Positions 45,439-54,354 of a stretch of 64,000 nt of DNA are shown one piece after another. Position 1 is the stretch's first letter. The number at the start of each line of letters is the position of its first letter. Under the pieces are notes generated by a model, which was not told the DNA's origin, did not search any database, and saw nothing but the letters and a program-made list of their open reading frames with translations. The translations under genes and the position numbers were made by a program. This DNA comes from an uncultured Bacteriovoracaceae bacterium (GTDB lineage: Bacteria > Bdellovibrionota > UBA1018): NCBI GenBank assembly GCA_964563795.1, contig CAZLYB010000005.1, positions 2,031-66,030 of the forward strand, written 5' to 3'.

Positions 45439-47114
45439 GGTAAAACCTCGCTCCAGTGTTCTAATGGAGTATTTCGCGTAAGTCCCGTGCTTTGAGCAAG
45501 GGGCATCATCAGCCAAAAACTTGTACCCGGTCTATTTTGATCCACTATTGAGAGTTGCCCCCCGTGATTCTCGATCAACCGCCGAGTCAATCTCAATCCG
45601 AGGCCACGCTTGGATCCTGATTTGAGATCGACTCCATTCTGGTCATTGGAAATAAACTTTTCAAATTCGGCGGCGCTTAGCCCTGTGCCGTTATCGCTGA
45701 TGGTTAGCTCTATGAAAAAGGGATTCAGGGCTTGAAGGCGAACCTGAATTTGAGGGTCATGGGTCCGATGGCTGAAGAGATTCTCAAGGCTATTGCGGTA
45801 AAGATTGTCGAGGATGTGTACCAAATCCAAGGGAGCGATTTTAACCGTTAATGAAGCGAGTTCAGGAGAGCAAGTGAATCGTGCTTTCTTAAAATCCTCG
45901 GGCCCAAATTGAAGCTCCAGGAGTTTCATCACATTTTGGTGGGCTTCCATGAAGTTGGTTTCTGAGTGGGCTATGGAAGGGTTTTTGCCGTGAGTCTTCA
46001 AGGACGTCACCAGCTGTTGGATGCGATTGAAGTTGGCGCTCAATTTTTCGAGATAAAGACCGCGACGGGGGGAGTCGGGGCTCTCCGTCAGCTCATTCAA
46101 GACGTAGCTCGCCGCATGCAGCGGACCGCTCAGGTCGTGGGCGATGAGCGCCGACATCTCCCCGAGTTGCTTGTAGCGGTTTTTCTCGGATTCCTCGATC
46201 ACCACGAGCGCAAGCTCCCGCTGGCTGAGTTTGAGCCTCTTGCTGAGCAGGTTGTAAGAGCTTTCGAACTTGGCGAGCAAAGGCGAGGTGTGCGAGGGAA
46301 GCGTCACAAGATCCCCGTTGAAATCCATCCGATCCATCTGATGAAAGAGCTCCATGAGCGCTTGAATGAAGGAGCTTCTTGCGAGGTACCAAATTCTGCC
46401 GAAGAGGGCCGCCCCCAAGGCGGCGATCAGCGTCATAGCGAGCAAGGTAGGGGTGCGCTCAGTGAACAAGTTGGAATGGAGAGTCATGATTTGCAGGCTC
46501 AACGTGAAGAAGGCGATGGAGATCAAGGAGATGATCTCATGGTTCTTGAATTGTTCCTGACCTTTCAAAAGCTCGAAGGCTTCGGAGAAATCAAAGCGCT
46601 CATGAAGCTCCCGGATCTTTCGCGAGAGGAAAATATGCGAATCCAGGAACGATGCTCCGTAGAAGTAGCAGAGGTTCACGGCCATGATCCCCAGCATCAT
46701 CAATGCTTGCTCCTGATTGCTGATGGAGTGTTTCCAGAAAAAAATCACGATGAGGAGGGCAGGAAGCGCTCTCAAGAAACTCCCGCCACAGAGAAACTTC
46801 GCGCGTCGGGCGGGAAATCTCGAGAACGATTCGAGAAGGGTTTTTTTCTGAGAGGTGCCAAAGTGCTGAATCTGACTGAAGTCGAGTTCGGGGAAGAACG
46901 AAGCGCTCTCCGGGTAAAGCCATAAAAATCCTCTGCGGTCGATGGCTCTAAAGACCGCATATGAGAGGGCATCCACGGCCATCATGACGAAAAATTCGAG
47001 CAGAGAGGGTCTGAGCAAAAGAATGATCGGCGGGGCGAAGCCCAGGTAAATGAACAACCAGCTCAAAGGGCTGACGCAATCGGATAGGGATCGTTGGCGT
47101 GGGAATTTGAGCAT
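45435..47114 (-). CDS. Membrane sensor histidine kinase
   Basis: 559 aa with a polytopic N-terminus, H-box IAHDLSGPL and HATPase blocks (NLYRNSLEN, DNGTGL, GLGLRL). Confidence 0.85.
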   Translation of the reverse strand: MLKFPRQRSLSDCVSPLSWLFIYLGFAPPIILLLRPSLLEFFVMMAVDALSYAVFRAIDRRGFLWLYPESASFFPELDFSQIQHFGTSQKKTLLESFSRFPARRAKFLCGGSFLRALPALLIVIFFWKHSISNQEQALMMLGIMAVNLCYFYGASFLDSHIFLSRKIRELHERFDFSEAFELLKGQEQFKNHEIISLISIAFFTLSLQIMTLHSNLFTERTPTLLAMTLIAALGAALFGRIWYLARSSFIQALMELFHQMDRMDFNGDLVTLPSHTSPLLAKFESSYNLLSKRLKLSQRELALVVIEESEKNRYKQLGEMSALIAHDLSGPLHAASYVLNELTESPDSPRRGLYLEKLSANFNRIQQLVTSLKTHGKNPSIAHSETNFMEAHQNVMKLLELQFGPEDFKKARFTCSPELASLTVKIAPLDLVHILDNLYRNSLENLFSHRTHDPQIQVRLQALNPFFIELTISDNGTGLSAAEFEKFISNDQNGVDLKSGSKRGLGLRLTRRLIENHGGQLSIVDQNRPGTSFWLMMPLAQSTGLTRNTPLEHWSEVLP

Positions 47115-47304
47115 GGGTATTTTAGCGAGGACTTAATTTTTATTTACCGTCGGTTTTATCAGCCACTCATCACATCATTCACAGCATTCGCAAAAAACGA
47201 GGTCAATCAACGAAATTAAACTTAGGTTATGTATCAAAAAATAAAGGGTTTTGCAACTTAAAAGTGGACGAGATTTGCCTCGGAATCGGGACTGGATCAC
47301 CCCA

Positions 47305-48777
47305 TTAATCGCACGCGGGGTGCTTCTGCATGGGGGGATTGGCCTTCCGGTATTCCTCTTCGGTGATGAGCTTGCCATCCGTCAGTTGAACGAGGTTGAT
47401 GGGTGGGGCCTCCAACTGCTCTTTTGAGCAGAGAGGGAGGGTGTGAGGAGTTTTCATTTGGGTGAGGTCGATTCCGAGAAGGAGAGAGGAGTAGGTCGAA
47501 TGAGATTCACCTTCCCAGAACGTGCTTTTCTTATTCTTTTGGCGGTTAAGCGCGATGCGGTACTCGAACTGGGAAGGAGGTTCTACTTTAAGCGTTGGGT
47601 TGAAACGGTATTCCTCATCATAGGAAAACTGAAATTTTTGACTCATGCTTTTAGGAAAAATAAAGTCCAGGGTCTTCTTTCGGCCGACGGCCTCGCTCTT
47701 CACGCAAAGAGGATCAGCAGAGGTGGCCTTAGTGCCTAAGCTGAAAATCCAGCGGTAAATAAAGGTATTCGGGAGGCTTTTCCTCCAGGTCTGATCGATC
47801 TCGTTCATTTTTGGGTCGTTGTTCCCCAAAACGTCAACTAATCCGCAATGGCTGATATTGAGCTTTTCATGTTCTTTGCACTCTGTTTTTGCGGGTTCTC
47901 CGGTCATGGGGTCAGGAACGCACGCCAGATGAGTGAAAATGAAATGAGGTTTGAACCGGGAAGGTAAAGGGAGGAGGTATTGCTCGAAAATTTTTTTCAT
48001 GAGTTTCCGATGTTCATCGGCATCTATCTCACTTTGTAAAATCCCGATCACGGAGCCTGCTTCATTGAGGACGGGGGAACCTGAATTGCCGTGGACAGCC
48101 GTGCACCCAACGGCGACCCCTGTTTTAGCCCACTGGGTAACGCTGATGATGTTCAGGAGGGAACTCATGACGATCGGGCAGGATTTTGTTTCGATGAGGC
48201 CGCTGGCGTGTTCATCCGAAAGGTGGAGGGGAGTGACCTGAATCGTCATTATTTTTTGGTGATGATGAATCCCGCTGCGATCCACGGGAATGGGAGCGAT
48301 CGCCTCCGCGTCCTGAACTTCAAAAAACGCGTAATCCGGTGAGAGAGCACCGCTTTTTTCATGCGCGAGGAGGCGTCGGCACTGAAAAAACGGCTTCACG
48401 TTTTGATCTTTCCTGAGCACCTTGATGCCCAGGAGCTGGGAGCAATCCTGGGTGGATCCGGCTTTCTTGAGAGAATCCGGAATGCAATGGCTATTGGTCG
48501 CTACCACGTTTTTTGAGACGAACGAGCCGGTGCATTGTTTGAGGGCAGGCGCGCTCTCATCGCCGAAGTTCGCGAGGATCAGTCCCACGTTTTCGGGACA
48601 GTCCTGATCCGGCATGCACGTGAGCGAGGCGCGTTCCAGCTCACTTTGAAGGCTTTGATAATTCGCGGGAGTATAGACGTAGTGGTCGGACCCCATGCGC
48701 TGGGAGGATTGATTGCCGCAAGCCGCGAACAAAATGAGAAGCAGGGGTAAAGGCAGGGTCGCTTTTATTTTAAACAC
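47305..48777 (-). CDS. Trypsin-like (S1/V8-like) serine protease lipoprotein
   Basis: 490 aa with a lipobox (LLLILFAAC), His context VATNSHC and Ser context HGNSGSPVLN. It contains many Cys residues. Confidence 0.7.
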   Translation of the reverse strand: MFKIKATLPLPLLLILFAACGNQSSQRMGSDHYVYTPANYQSLQSELERASLTCMPDQDCPENVGLILANFGDESAPALKQCTGSFVSKNVVATNSHCIPDSLKKAGSTQDCSQLLGIKVLRKDQNVKPFFQCRRLLAHEKSGALSPDYAFFEVQDAEAIAPIPVDRSGIHHHQKIMTIQVTPLHLSDEHASGLIETKSCPIVMSSLLNIISVTQWAKTGVAVGCTAVHGNSGSPVLNEAGSVIGILQSEIDADEHRKLMKKIFEQYLLPLPSRFKPHFIFTHLACVPDPMTGEPAKTECKEHEKLNISHCGLVDVLGNNDPKMNEIDQTWRKSLPNTFIYRWIFSLGTKATSADPLCVKSEAVGRKKTLDFIFPKSMSQKFQFSYDEEYRFNPTLKVEPPSQFEYRIALNRQKNKKSTFWEGESHSTYSSLLLGIDLTQMKTPHTLPLCSKEQLEAPPINLVQLTDGKLITEEEYRKANPPMQKHPACD

Positions 48778-48922
48778 TGAAAATGTTTACTAAATAAAAA
48801 TGGAGAGATCAAGTCAGCAATTCGTTAGGAGTGGGGTTAAAGACGCACAAAGTGCCAACGAATGCGCAGGCCGAACGGCGCCGCAAGCTTTGATGCTGGC
48901 TCGGTTCTTCGCTCGCCAGGCC

Positions 48923-48945
48923 TTGATTCGCGTCACGCGAATCAA
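48923..48945. repeat. Perfect 10-bp-stem palindrome in the chromosome/phage-block junction
   Basis: ttgattcgcg (48923-48932), loop tca, then cgcgaatcaa (48936-48945). The arms are exact reverse complements. Confidence 0.8.
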
Positions 48946-49114
48946 GTGGTGGACTCACCTGGAAGACTTTCTAACTGCCTGCTTGCCAATGTCAGCCTGA
49001 AACCTATTGAAAAGACAGGGTTCTACCGTGGCGGAGTCTCTAACCAGACTAGCCTATCGGAACTCTCTCTAACCCGCAATTCCGAATCTTGCGGGAAAAA
49101 ATGGGGGAAGGCTT

Positions 49115-50092
49115 ATGGCCAAGCGCATGACGGATTCGGAAAAATGGGGCAAACAGTGGTTTAGACTTTTACGGCCCAAACTCAAATGCATGTGGGAATA
49201 CCTGCGAGACAACTGTGATCTCGCGGGCATCTGGAGCGAGGACTACGGGCTCGCATCGTTTCAGATTGGCGACGACATTACCTGGGAGGAAGTTCAAGAA
49301 GCCTTCGGTGAGCGTGTTGTCCGAATCGGCAAAGACAAAATTTTCCTGCCTGGCTTCATCGAATTTCAATACGGCACCTTGTCGGAAGACTGCAAGCCGC
49401 ACATTGCTGCCATCAAAGCCCTGCGCAAGCACGGTATTGACCCTGTAAGCCTTACCCTATCCAAAGAAAAACAAACTCTGATTCCTGAAACCCCGACCGA
49501 TCCAAAGGGTTCCCAAACCCTTACCGAAGGGTTTGCAAAGGGTATGGATACCCTTAAAGACAAAGATAAAGACAAGGAGACGGATCAAGATAAAGAAAAG
49601 GATCAAGATAAAGAAAAAGGCGAAAAAACTTTAACGCAGGAAGCTACGCCTGCGGAAGATCCGCCACCGAAAAAGCCCGCAAAGAAATCCCCACCGAAGC
49701 CACCCCAGGACATTGACCTGCCAGAGATTGCCTTGCTCTGGAATGAACTCATTGACGAGCGTTTGCCCAAGATTCGGGAGATGGCCCATAATAGCGCCCG
49801 CCGAACTGCCTGCGACAAGCGATGGGATGAGCGGCCCGACCGCGCCTATTGGACTTCGGTCATCGAAAAAATTAACTCGACGCCTTTTTGCCTCGGCACG
49901 AACAAGCGCGGTTGGAAGGCCGACATCGAGTTTCTGACCCGACCCGATAACCACGCCAAAATTCTCGAAGGCAAATACGACTGGTCCGCGCCGCACGCGA
50001 ACGGTCTAGCTGGCCGAACGAAAACCACGCACGAACGAACTGAAAGCCTCGATGCCCAAATCGACGCGATGATGTCGGAGGATTTGCAATGA
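49115..50092 (+). CDS. Phage replication initiation / replisome-organiser-like protein
   Basis: 325 aa. The N-terminus (SEKWGKQWFRLLRPKLKCMWEYLRDNCDLAGIW) resembles phage replisome organiser N-domains. A DK/E-rich linker follows, then a C-terminal domain ending TRPDNHAKILEGKYD. The RBS GGGGGAAGG precedes the ATG. Confidence 0.5.
   Translation: MAKRMTDSEKWGKQWFRLLRPKLKCMWEYLRDNCDLAGIWSEDYGLASFQIGDDITWEEVQEAFGERVVRIGKDKIFLPGFIEFQYGTLSEDCKPHIAAIKALRKHGIDPVSLTLSKEKQTLIPETPTDPKGSQTLTEGFAKGMDTLKDKDKDKETDQDKEKDQDKEKGEKTLTQEATPAEDPPPKKPAKKSPPKPPQDIDLPEIALLWNELIDERLPKIREMAHNSARRTACDKRWDERPDRAYWTSVIEKINSTPFCLGTNKRGWKADIEFLTRPDNHAKILEGKYDWSAPHANGLAGRTKTTHERTESLDAQIDAMMSEDLQ
49583..49618 (+). repeat. 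18-nt tandem duplication inside the DK-rich linker of the replication gene
   Basis: gatcaagataaagaaaag (49583-49600) is followed by gatcaagataaagaaaaa (49601-49618). Together they encode DQDKEK DQDKEK. Confidence 0.85.
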
Positions 50093-50973
50093 ACCAGCAA
50101 ACACTCACGCCCCCCGTTGCACCCGAACTCCGGTGCGAAGCCTGCAACAAGCCACGCACTCCGCGACTCAAACCAGGCTGGGAAGCAAACTACAAGCCAG
50201 GCTCTATCGTGCCCGCGGCGTTTGCCGTCGTGCTTTGCTACGAGTACGACGAACATCCCGAGTGCGCCTCCTCCGTCGAAAGAATTCGCATCGACGAAGA
50301 CCGCCGTCGCAAGGCTGAAGAAATTCAAAAACAACGCACAGACCGGCTCACGCAATGGAAACAGCGCCCGAACTTTCCGCGAGACCTCGATCGCAAAACC
50401 TTCCAGACGTTCAAGGTCATTCCGGAAAACGAGCGTGTCGTGCGATTGCTTCAAAGCTGGCGATCAAACGACGATTTCGGATTTCTTCTCATGGGGCCTG
50501 CGGGCTGCGGAAAAAGCCATCTCGCCTTGGCGTTCGCTCAATCGGTCGCACACCAAATTCTTGCTCGTAGCACGCAAGCGCCGCTTCCGGCCTACTACCC
50601 GGTAACGGAACTTCTCGCTGAAATCAAGCGCGGTGACTTTGAGCTTCCGGATCGCGTGCGCAGTTCAGCGCCGGTGATTCTGGACGACCTCGGCACCGAG
50701 CACATTACCGAGTGGAGCCGTGAAGTTTTTTATCGCGTCTTCGATTACCGCCTCAGTCAACGATTTCCAACGATCGTCACGACGAACCTGACAATGGACG
50801 AGCTGAAGGAACGGCTGCATGAACGCATCGTTTCTCGGATCATCGGCCAGTGCATCCCGCTCACGATGAAAGGCAAAGATCATCGGAGCGAAGAAATCAT
50901 GGCTAGGTTCCGCATGATCTCCGCCCGTGCTGGAACCACGCTGCCCGCAAAGAGGGAGGCGACCAGCGCATGA
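50089..50973 (+). CDS. DnaC/IstB-like AAA+ helicase loader
   Basis: 294 aa with Walker A LLMGPAGCGKSHLA and Walker B PVILDDLGTE, plus a TTNL sensor block. It is coupled to the upstream gene by an ATGA overlap. Confidence 0.8.
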   Translation: MNQQTLTPPVAPELRCEACNKPRTPRLKPGWEANYKPGSIVPAAFAVVLCYEYDEHPECASSVERIRIDEDRRRKAEEIQKQRTDRLTQWKQRPNFPRDLDRKTFQTFKVIPENERVVRLLQSWRSNDDFGFLLMGPAGCGKSHLALAFAQSVAHQILARSTQAPLPAYYPVTELLAEIKRGDFELPDRVRSSAPVILDDLGTEHITEWSREVFYRVFDYRLSQRFPTIVTTNLTMDELKERLHERIVSRIIGQCIPLTMKGKDHRSEEIMARFRMISARAGTTLPAKREATSA

Positions 50974-51152
50974 GCCAAACCAATTTCTCCCACAACCACA
51001 CATTCGCGCGAGCTGGTGTTTGTTCCCCATTCACCAGTTCCGCGAAGGACGGCGAGCGCCCTGAATCCATGTTGCCGCATGCTCAGGAAGCCGGAACCAA
51101 AAGCTCCGGTCAGCTCGCCGTCTTCTTTTCTTCAACACGGAGGACACGATGA
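50970..51152 (+). CDS. Small hypothetical protein
   Basis: 60-aa ORF whose start and stop each overlap the neighbouring genes by 4 nt (ATGA-type). Support comes only from this coupling pattern. Confidence 0.3.
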   Translation: MSQTNFSHNHTFARAGVCSPFTSSAKDGERPESMLPHAQEAGTKSSGQLAVFFSSTRRTR

Positions 51153-51400
51153 ACTCTGCTCAAGGAATTCAAGGAAATGGAAAAACTTTCAGTGGACCAA
51201 GCTCTGTATGTCTTATTTGCAAACGAGTTCTACGCCATCCACGTTCTATCGCTATTGGCATGGGAAAAACTTGTGGCCGGAAATTTCCTGGCACGTATGA
51301 ACGCCTGGCTCACGAGGCGGAAGGCCAACAAAGTTTCATCGCCGATTCCGGATGCGTGAAGAATCCCGATGACAGCGGTTCAGGAGGTTCGCAATGTTGA
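51149..51400 (+). CDS. DUF6011-like small Cys protein
   Basis: 83 aa. CLICKRVLRHPRSIAIGMGKTCGRKF resembles the C-x2-C...S...G-x-G-x-x-C signature I recall for phage DUF6011 proteins. Confidence 0.4.
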   Translation: MNSAQGIQGNGKTFSGPSSVCLICKRVLRHPRSIAIGMGKTCGRKFPGTYERLAHEAEGQQSFIADSGCVKNPDDSGSGGSQC

Positions 51401-51729
51401 AGTCTCTCAAGATCGTTGACTACTTCGACACGCCTGAAGTCTTGGATGCTTCGATTACGGCGATCCCCGGTAACGCGAGTTCGCCTCTTCAAGTGATCGC
51501 TTCACTCGCAAAAACATCTTACCAACTCATCGTCGCGGATTCCGCGCAGCAAATGGTCGGCGTCTACAAGGGGGCTTCGGGACAAGAGCAGCTTGAATGC
51601 ATCATTGGCCCAGGCGTTCGCGAAGTCGATGTCTCACTTCACCGCGGAACTCGGATCAGTTTGCGTTCGATGACTCCTGATCCGGTGAACTACGGTCAGC
51701 TCTGCTTACAGTTCTTGGGGGATACCTAA
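51394..51729 (+). CDS. Phage hypothetical protein (beta-rich)
   Basis: 111-aa ORF in the coupled chain. Confidence 0.45.
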   Translation: MLKSLKIVDYFDTPEVLDASITAIPGNASSPLQVIASLAKTSYQLIVADSAQQMVGVYKGASGQEQLECIIGPGVREVDVSLHRGTRISLRSMTPDPVNYGQLCLQFLGDT

Positions 51730-52023
51730 ATGGTCAAAGGCATTTTTGAAATTCTCAACAAGATTTTCAATTCAGGCACGAACGCTCTGAAAGTGGAAGG
51801 CACGCTTTCGACTGCGGATGCGATTTACGCCACGCGAGTCGATGAAGTTTCCGCCTCGCTTACTTACGTCGGCAAAGCGCTTGCCGGCACTTCCGATTCG
51901 GACCCTCTTTGGCAGGTTCAGCGAATTCAAGTTTCAGGTGCAGTGACAACCGTTCAATTTGCCGATGGCAATACGAACTTTGACAACATTTGGGCTAACC
52001 GCGGAAGCCTATCTTACTCGTAA
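51730..52023 (+). CDS. Phage hypothetical protein (beta-rich)
   Basis: 97-aa ORF that starts on the base after the upstream stop. Confidence 0.45.
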   Translation: MVKGIFEILNKIFNSGTNALKVEGTLSTADAIYATRVDEVSASLTYVGKALAGTSDSDPLWQVQRIQVSGAVTTVQFADGNTNFDNIWANRGSLSYS

Positions 52024-52036
52024 AGGGGGAAAAGAC

Positions 52037-52447
52037 ATGAGCAAATCAAACGCGACAGAAAACGACGTAGTAAAGAAACTCTTCAACAATACGGCGATAC
52101 CTTGGGATGCGAACACAAATTTGTACGTCGCACTCCACACCGCCGATCCTGGTGAGGGCGGAGATCAAACCACGAGCGAAGCGACCTACACGAGCTACGC
52201 ACGTGTGGCGGTTTCAAGAGACGCTTTGGGCTGGACGATCGCCGGGAACCAATCAGCGAACACAGGCGCGATCTCCTTTCCGCAATGCACAGGCGGATCG
52301 AACACGATCACGCACGTTTCGATTGGGACGCTGCCAAGTGGTGCCGGCCAGATTCTTTATTCGGGCGCTCTGAATTCTCCGCTCGCCGTTTCCAATCTCA
52401 TCACGCCGCAGTTTCCAGCCGCGGCTCTACAGGTTCAGGAGGACTAA
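52037..52447 (+). CDS. Phage structural-like protein
   Basis: I chose the start MSKSNATENDVVKKLFNNTAIPW, preceded by AGGGGGA. This N-terminal pattern recurs in phage virion-associated proteins of unknown function, as far as I remember. The track ORF begins at 51959. Confidence 0.45.
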   Translation: MSKSNATENDVVKKLFNNTAIPWDANTNLYVALHTADPGEGGDQTTSEATYTSYARVAVSRDALGWTIAGNQSANTGAISFPQCTGGSNTITHVSIGTLPSGAGQILYSGALNSPLAVSNLITPQFPAAALQVQED

Positions 52448-52449
52448 TC

Positions 52450-53325
52450 ATGGGGTTTTCATCAATCGACGCATTGGTAAATGCGATCACAGTAAGTGGG
52501 AAGTTCAACAAAACGCAGTGGAACAAAATCACGGGAGCCGCGGCTTACACCGCGGGTCGCTGGTACAACACATTCACGCTGGCCGGTACGCCGGTCGCCG
52601 GGAACTATACCGGCACCGCTTTGAATGCGGTTCAGCTTAACGATGCTTCCCAGGGGGCCATGTGGCATGGCGGAAACGTAAGTCCCGACACCAAGCACCT
52701 GCTCAACGTCGGTGCGGTGACTGCCGTTGCGACGGGAGTGCCTACCACGCTGATGCTTGTGGACCTTTTGCTCTACTATCCCGGCATCAACATGAACGTG
52801 GCGACACTTCAAACGCTCGTCAACGGTGTGGGCCTTCCGAGGTACACGACTGGTGAGGGTGTGCGAGGGTTTCTTGAAATCACTGCGACAACAGGCGCGA
52901 CCGCGCACAACCTCTCGTACAACTATACCGACGAGGGCGGAACGGCAGGTTCAGTCAATCCCGTCACCGTGGCATGCACGGCATCTGCGATCATTCCGCA
53001 TCTTACGCATTCGGGATTGGCTGCCAACAACTACGGGCCGTTTCTCCCACTTGCAAACGGAGACCGCGGAATACGATCGGTGCAAACCGTTCAACTTTCG
53101 GTGGCGTCGGGAGCGGCGGGAACGGCGTCTCTTGTTCTCTGCAAGCCGCTTGCGCAGCTCCCTCTCACGACCCTTGGGGTTCAGTCCGAGCGAGACCTGC
53201 TTTTCCAAATGCCGTCGCTTCCGAAAATCGAAGACGGTGCGTGCTTGGCGTGGCTCATGTTCACGGGAGCAGCGACCGCGGCAAACACCAACTTCAACGG
53301 ATACCTCGATGAAGGTTGGAACTAA
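52450..53325 (+). CDS. Phage structural-like protein (candidate major virion protein)
   Basis: 291 aa from MGFSSIDALVNAITVSG. It is Gly/Thr/Ala/Asn-rich and looks like a beta protein. The track ORF begins at 52285. Confidence 0.4.
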   Translation: MGFSSIDALVNAITVSGKFNKTQWNKITGAAAYTAGRWYNTFTLAGTPVAGNYTGTALNAVQLNDASQGAMWHGGNVSPDTKHLLNVGAVTAVATGVPTTLMLVDLLLYYPGINMNVATLQTLVNGVGLPRYTTGEGVRGFLEITATTGATAHNLSYNYTDEGGTAGSVNPVTVACTASAIIPHLTHSGLAANNYGPFLPLANGDRGIRSVQTVQLSVASGAAGTASLVLCKPLAQLPLTTLGVQSERDLLFQMPSLPKIEDGACLAWLMFTGAATAANTNFNGYLDEGWN

Positions 53326-53900
53326 TGCTGAGACCCAATACTGACATCAACACTCAGTATCCGATGAGTTTCCGAGGGGCAAACTTCGGGGTCGCCGTGC
53401 GTTCTGTGCAAGGTGGCCCCGGAGCTTTGTCTGCCCGAAGGTTCAACGCCGACTACATCGACGCGATTCCAGTGGGCTACAGACCCAGCGACTCTTATGC
53501 GCCGGCGATGAAGGACGGCGGTCTCGGCGTGACGTTTGGAAACCAATCGGCGGGCGTGGTGAGCGCGGCCCCCCTTGAGGGAATTGCCGATCTTTCGACC
53601 ACGATCTCGGGGCTTGGCATTGTGGCAAGTGCTGCGCTCACGGGACTGAAATTCGCCGATGCATTGATCTCTGCGTTTGGTGGATTTTCAAATGCCGGCT
53701 TGCTTGGACCTGCCAATCTCTTTGCGCTCATTCGGATTGGATTTCAACCGTCTGCGGATGAAATCGCCGCGGCGGTTTGGTCGCGGGTCACGGGTCTGCA
53801 TTCGGGTGAAACGGGAACTTTTGGAAAAACGGTCGGAGACAACATCGACGGAAAAATATCGGCAACGCTCAAGAAATCCACTTGGCTTGCTCTGAAGTGA
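53325..53900 (+). CDS. Phage structural-like protein
   Basis: 191 aa starting at an ATG that overlaps the upstream stop (TAATG). The C-terminal AAAVWSRVTGLHSGETGTFGKTVGDNIDGKIS is a pattern I associate with phage fibre or appendage proteins. Confidence 0.4.
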   Translation: MLRPNTDINTQYPMSFRGANFGVAVRSVQGGPGALSARRFNADYIDAIPVGYRPSDSYAPAMKDGGLGVTFGNQSAGVVSAAPLEGIADLSTTISGLGIVASAALTGLKFADALISAFGGFSNAGLLGPANLFALIRIGFQPSADEIAAAVWSRVTGLHSGETGTFGKTVGDNIDGKISATLKKSTWLALK

Positions 53901-53910
53901 GGAACTGACA

Positions 53911-54153
53911 ATGAACTGGAAAGAAAAATTAACTAGGCTTTTGAATCTCATCTATGCGCGGTGCCTTGGATACTTTTGGACGCCGTGCCCGAGATGCGGC
54001 GCAAAGTTCGGCGAGCATGAACTGAGAGGCGTCTGCCCAACCGCAGCATTTGAAGTCGAAGAAAAGCAGGCCAAGTTTTACCGATTCGTTTGCCCACACT
54101 GCAAGCGTCTCGAAATCCCAAGCGATCAGCTTGGCCGGTACGTGATTATTTAA
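53911..54153 (+). CDS. Zinc-ribbon miniprotein
   Basis: 80 aa with CPRC...CPHC. Confidence 0.45.
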   Translation: MNWKEKLTRLLNLIYARCLGYFWTPCPRCGAKFGEHELRGVCPTAAFEVEEKQAKFYRFVCPHCKRLEIPSDQLGRYVII

Positions 54154-54163
54154 GGGGAACAAA

Positions 54164-54349
54164 ATGGCAAAATCAAAATTCGTAGCCGTGGCTCTGGACG
54201 CTGATTCCGGGCAGACAGTAAAACTAGAAAATAGTCCCGCAGGAGAAGGCGCAATCCGCATTCGACTGAAGGACCAGGAGGCCATTGACCTGTGGCTTTC
54301 TGATTTGAAGACGATTCTTCGTGAACTCGAAAGCTGGCAGGAAAGCTAA
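54164..54349 (+). CDS. Small hypothetical protein
   Basis: 61-aa ORF in the chain. Confidence 0.35.
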   Translation: MAKSKFVAVALDADSGQTVKLENSPAGEGAIRIRLKDQEAIDLWLSDLKTILRELESWQES

Positions 54350-54354
54350 GGTTC

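Noticed and set aside
49073-49095. The hairpin cccgcaa/ttgcggg, considered as a terminator.
   Set aside because: It is followed by an A-run on the plus strand and preceded by the T-run on the minus strand, which is the wrong geometry for an intrinsic terminator in either direction.
48830-49100. Possible tRNA or tmRNA at the phage junction. The 7-bp stem with loop ttccgaatc superficially recalls a T-arm, and GCCAACGAA recalls a tmRNA tag start.
   Set aside because: The loop is 9 nt rather than the 7-nt TTCRANY loop, and there is no acceptor stem, D-arm or CCA context on either strand. The putative tag frame runs on for more than 60 codons without the usual short ...LAA stop. I found no GGGG...CCCCACCA terminal pairing.
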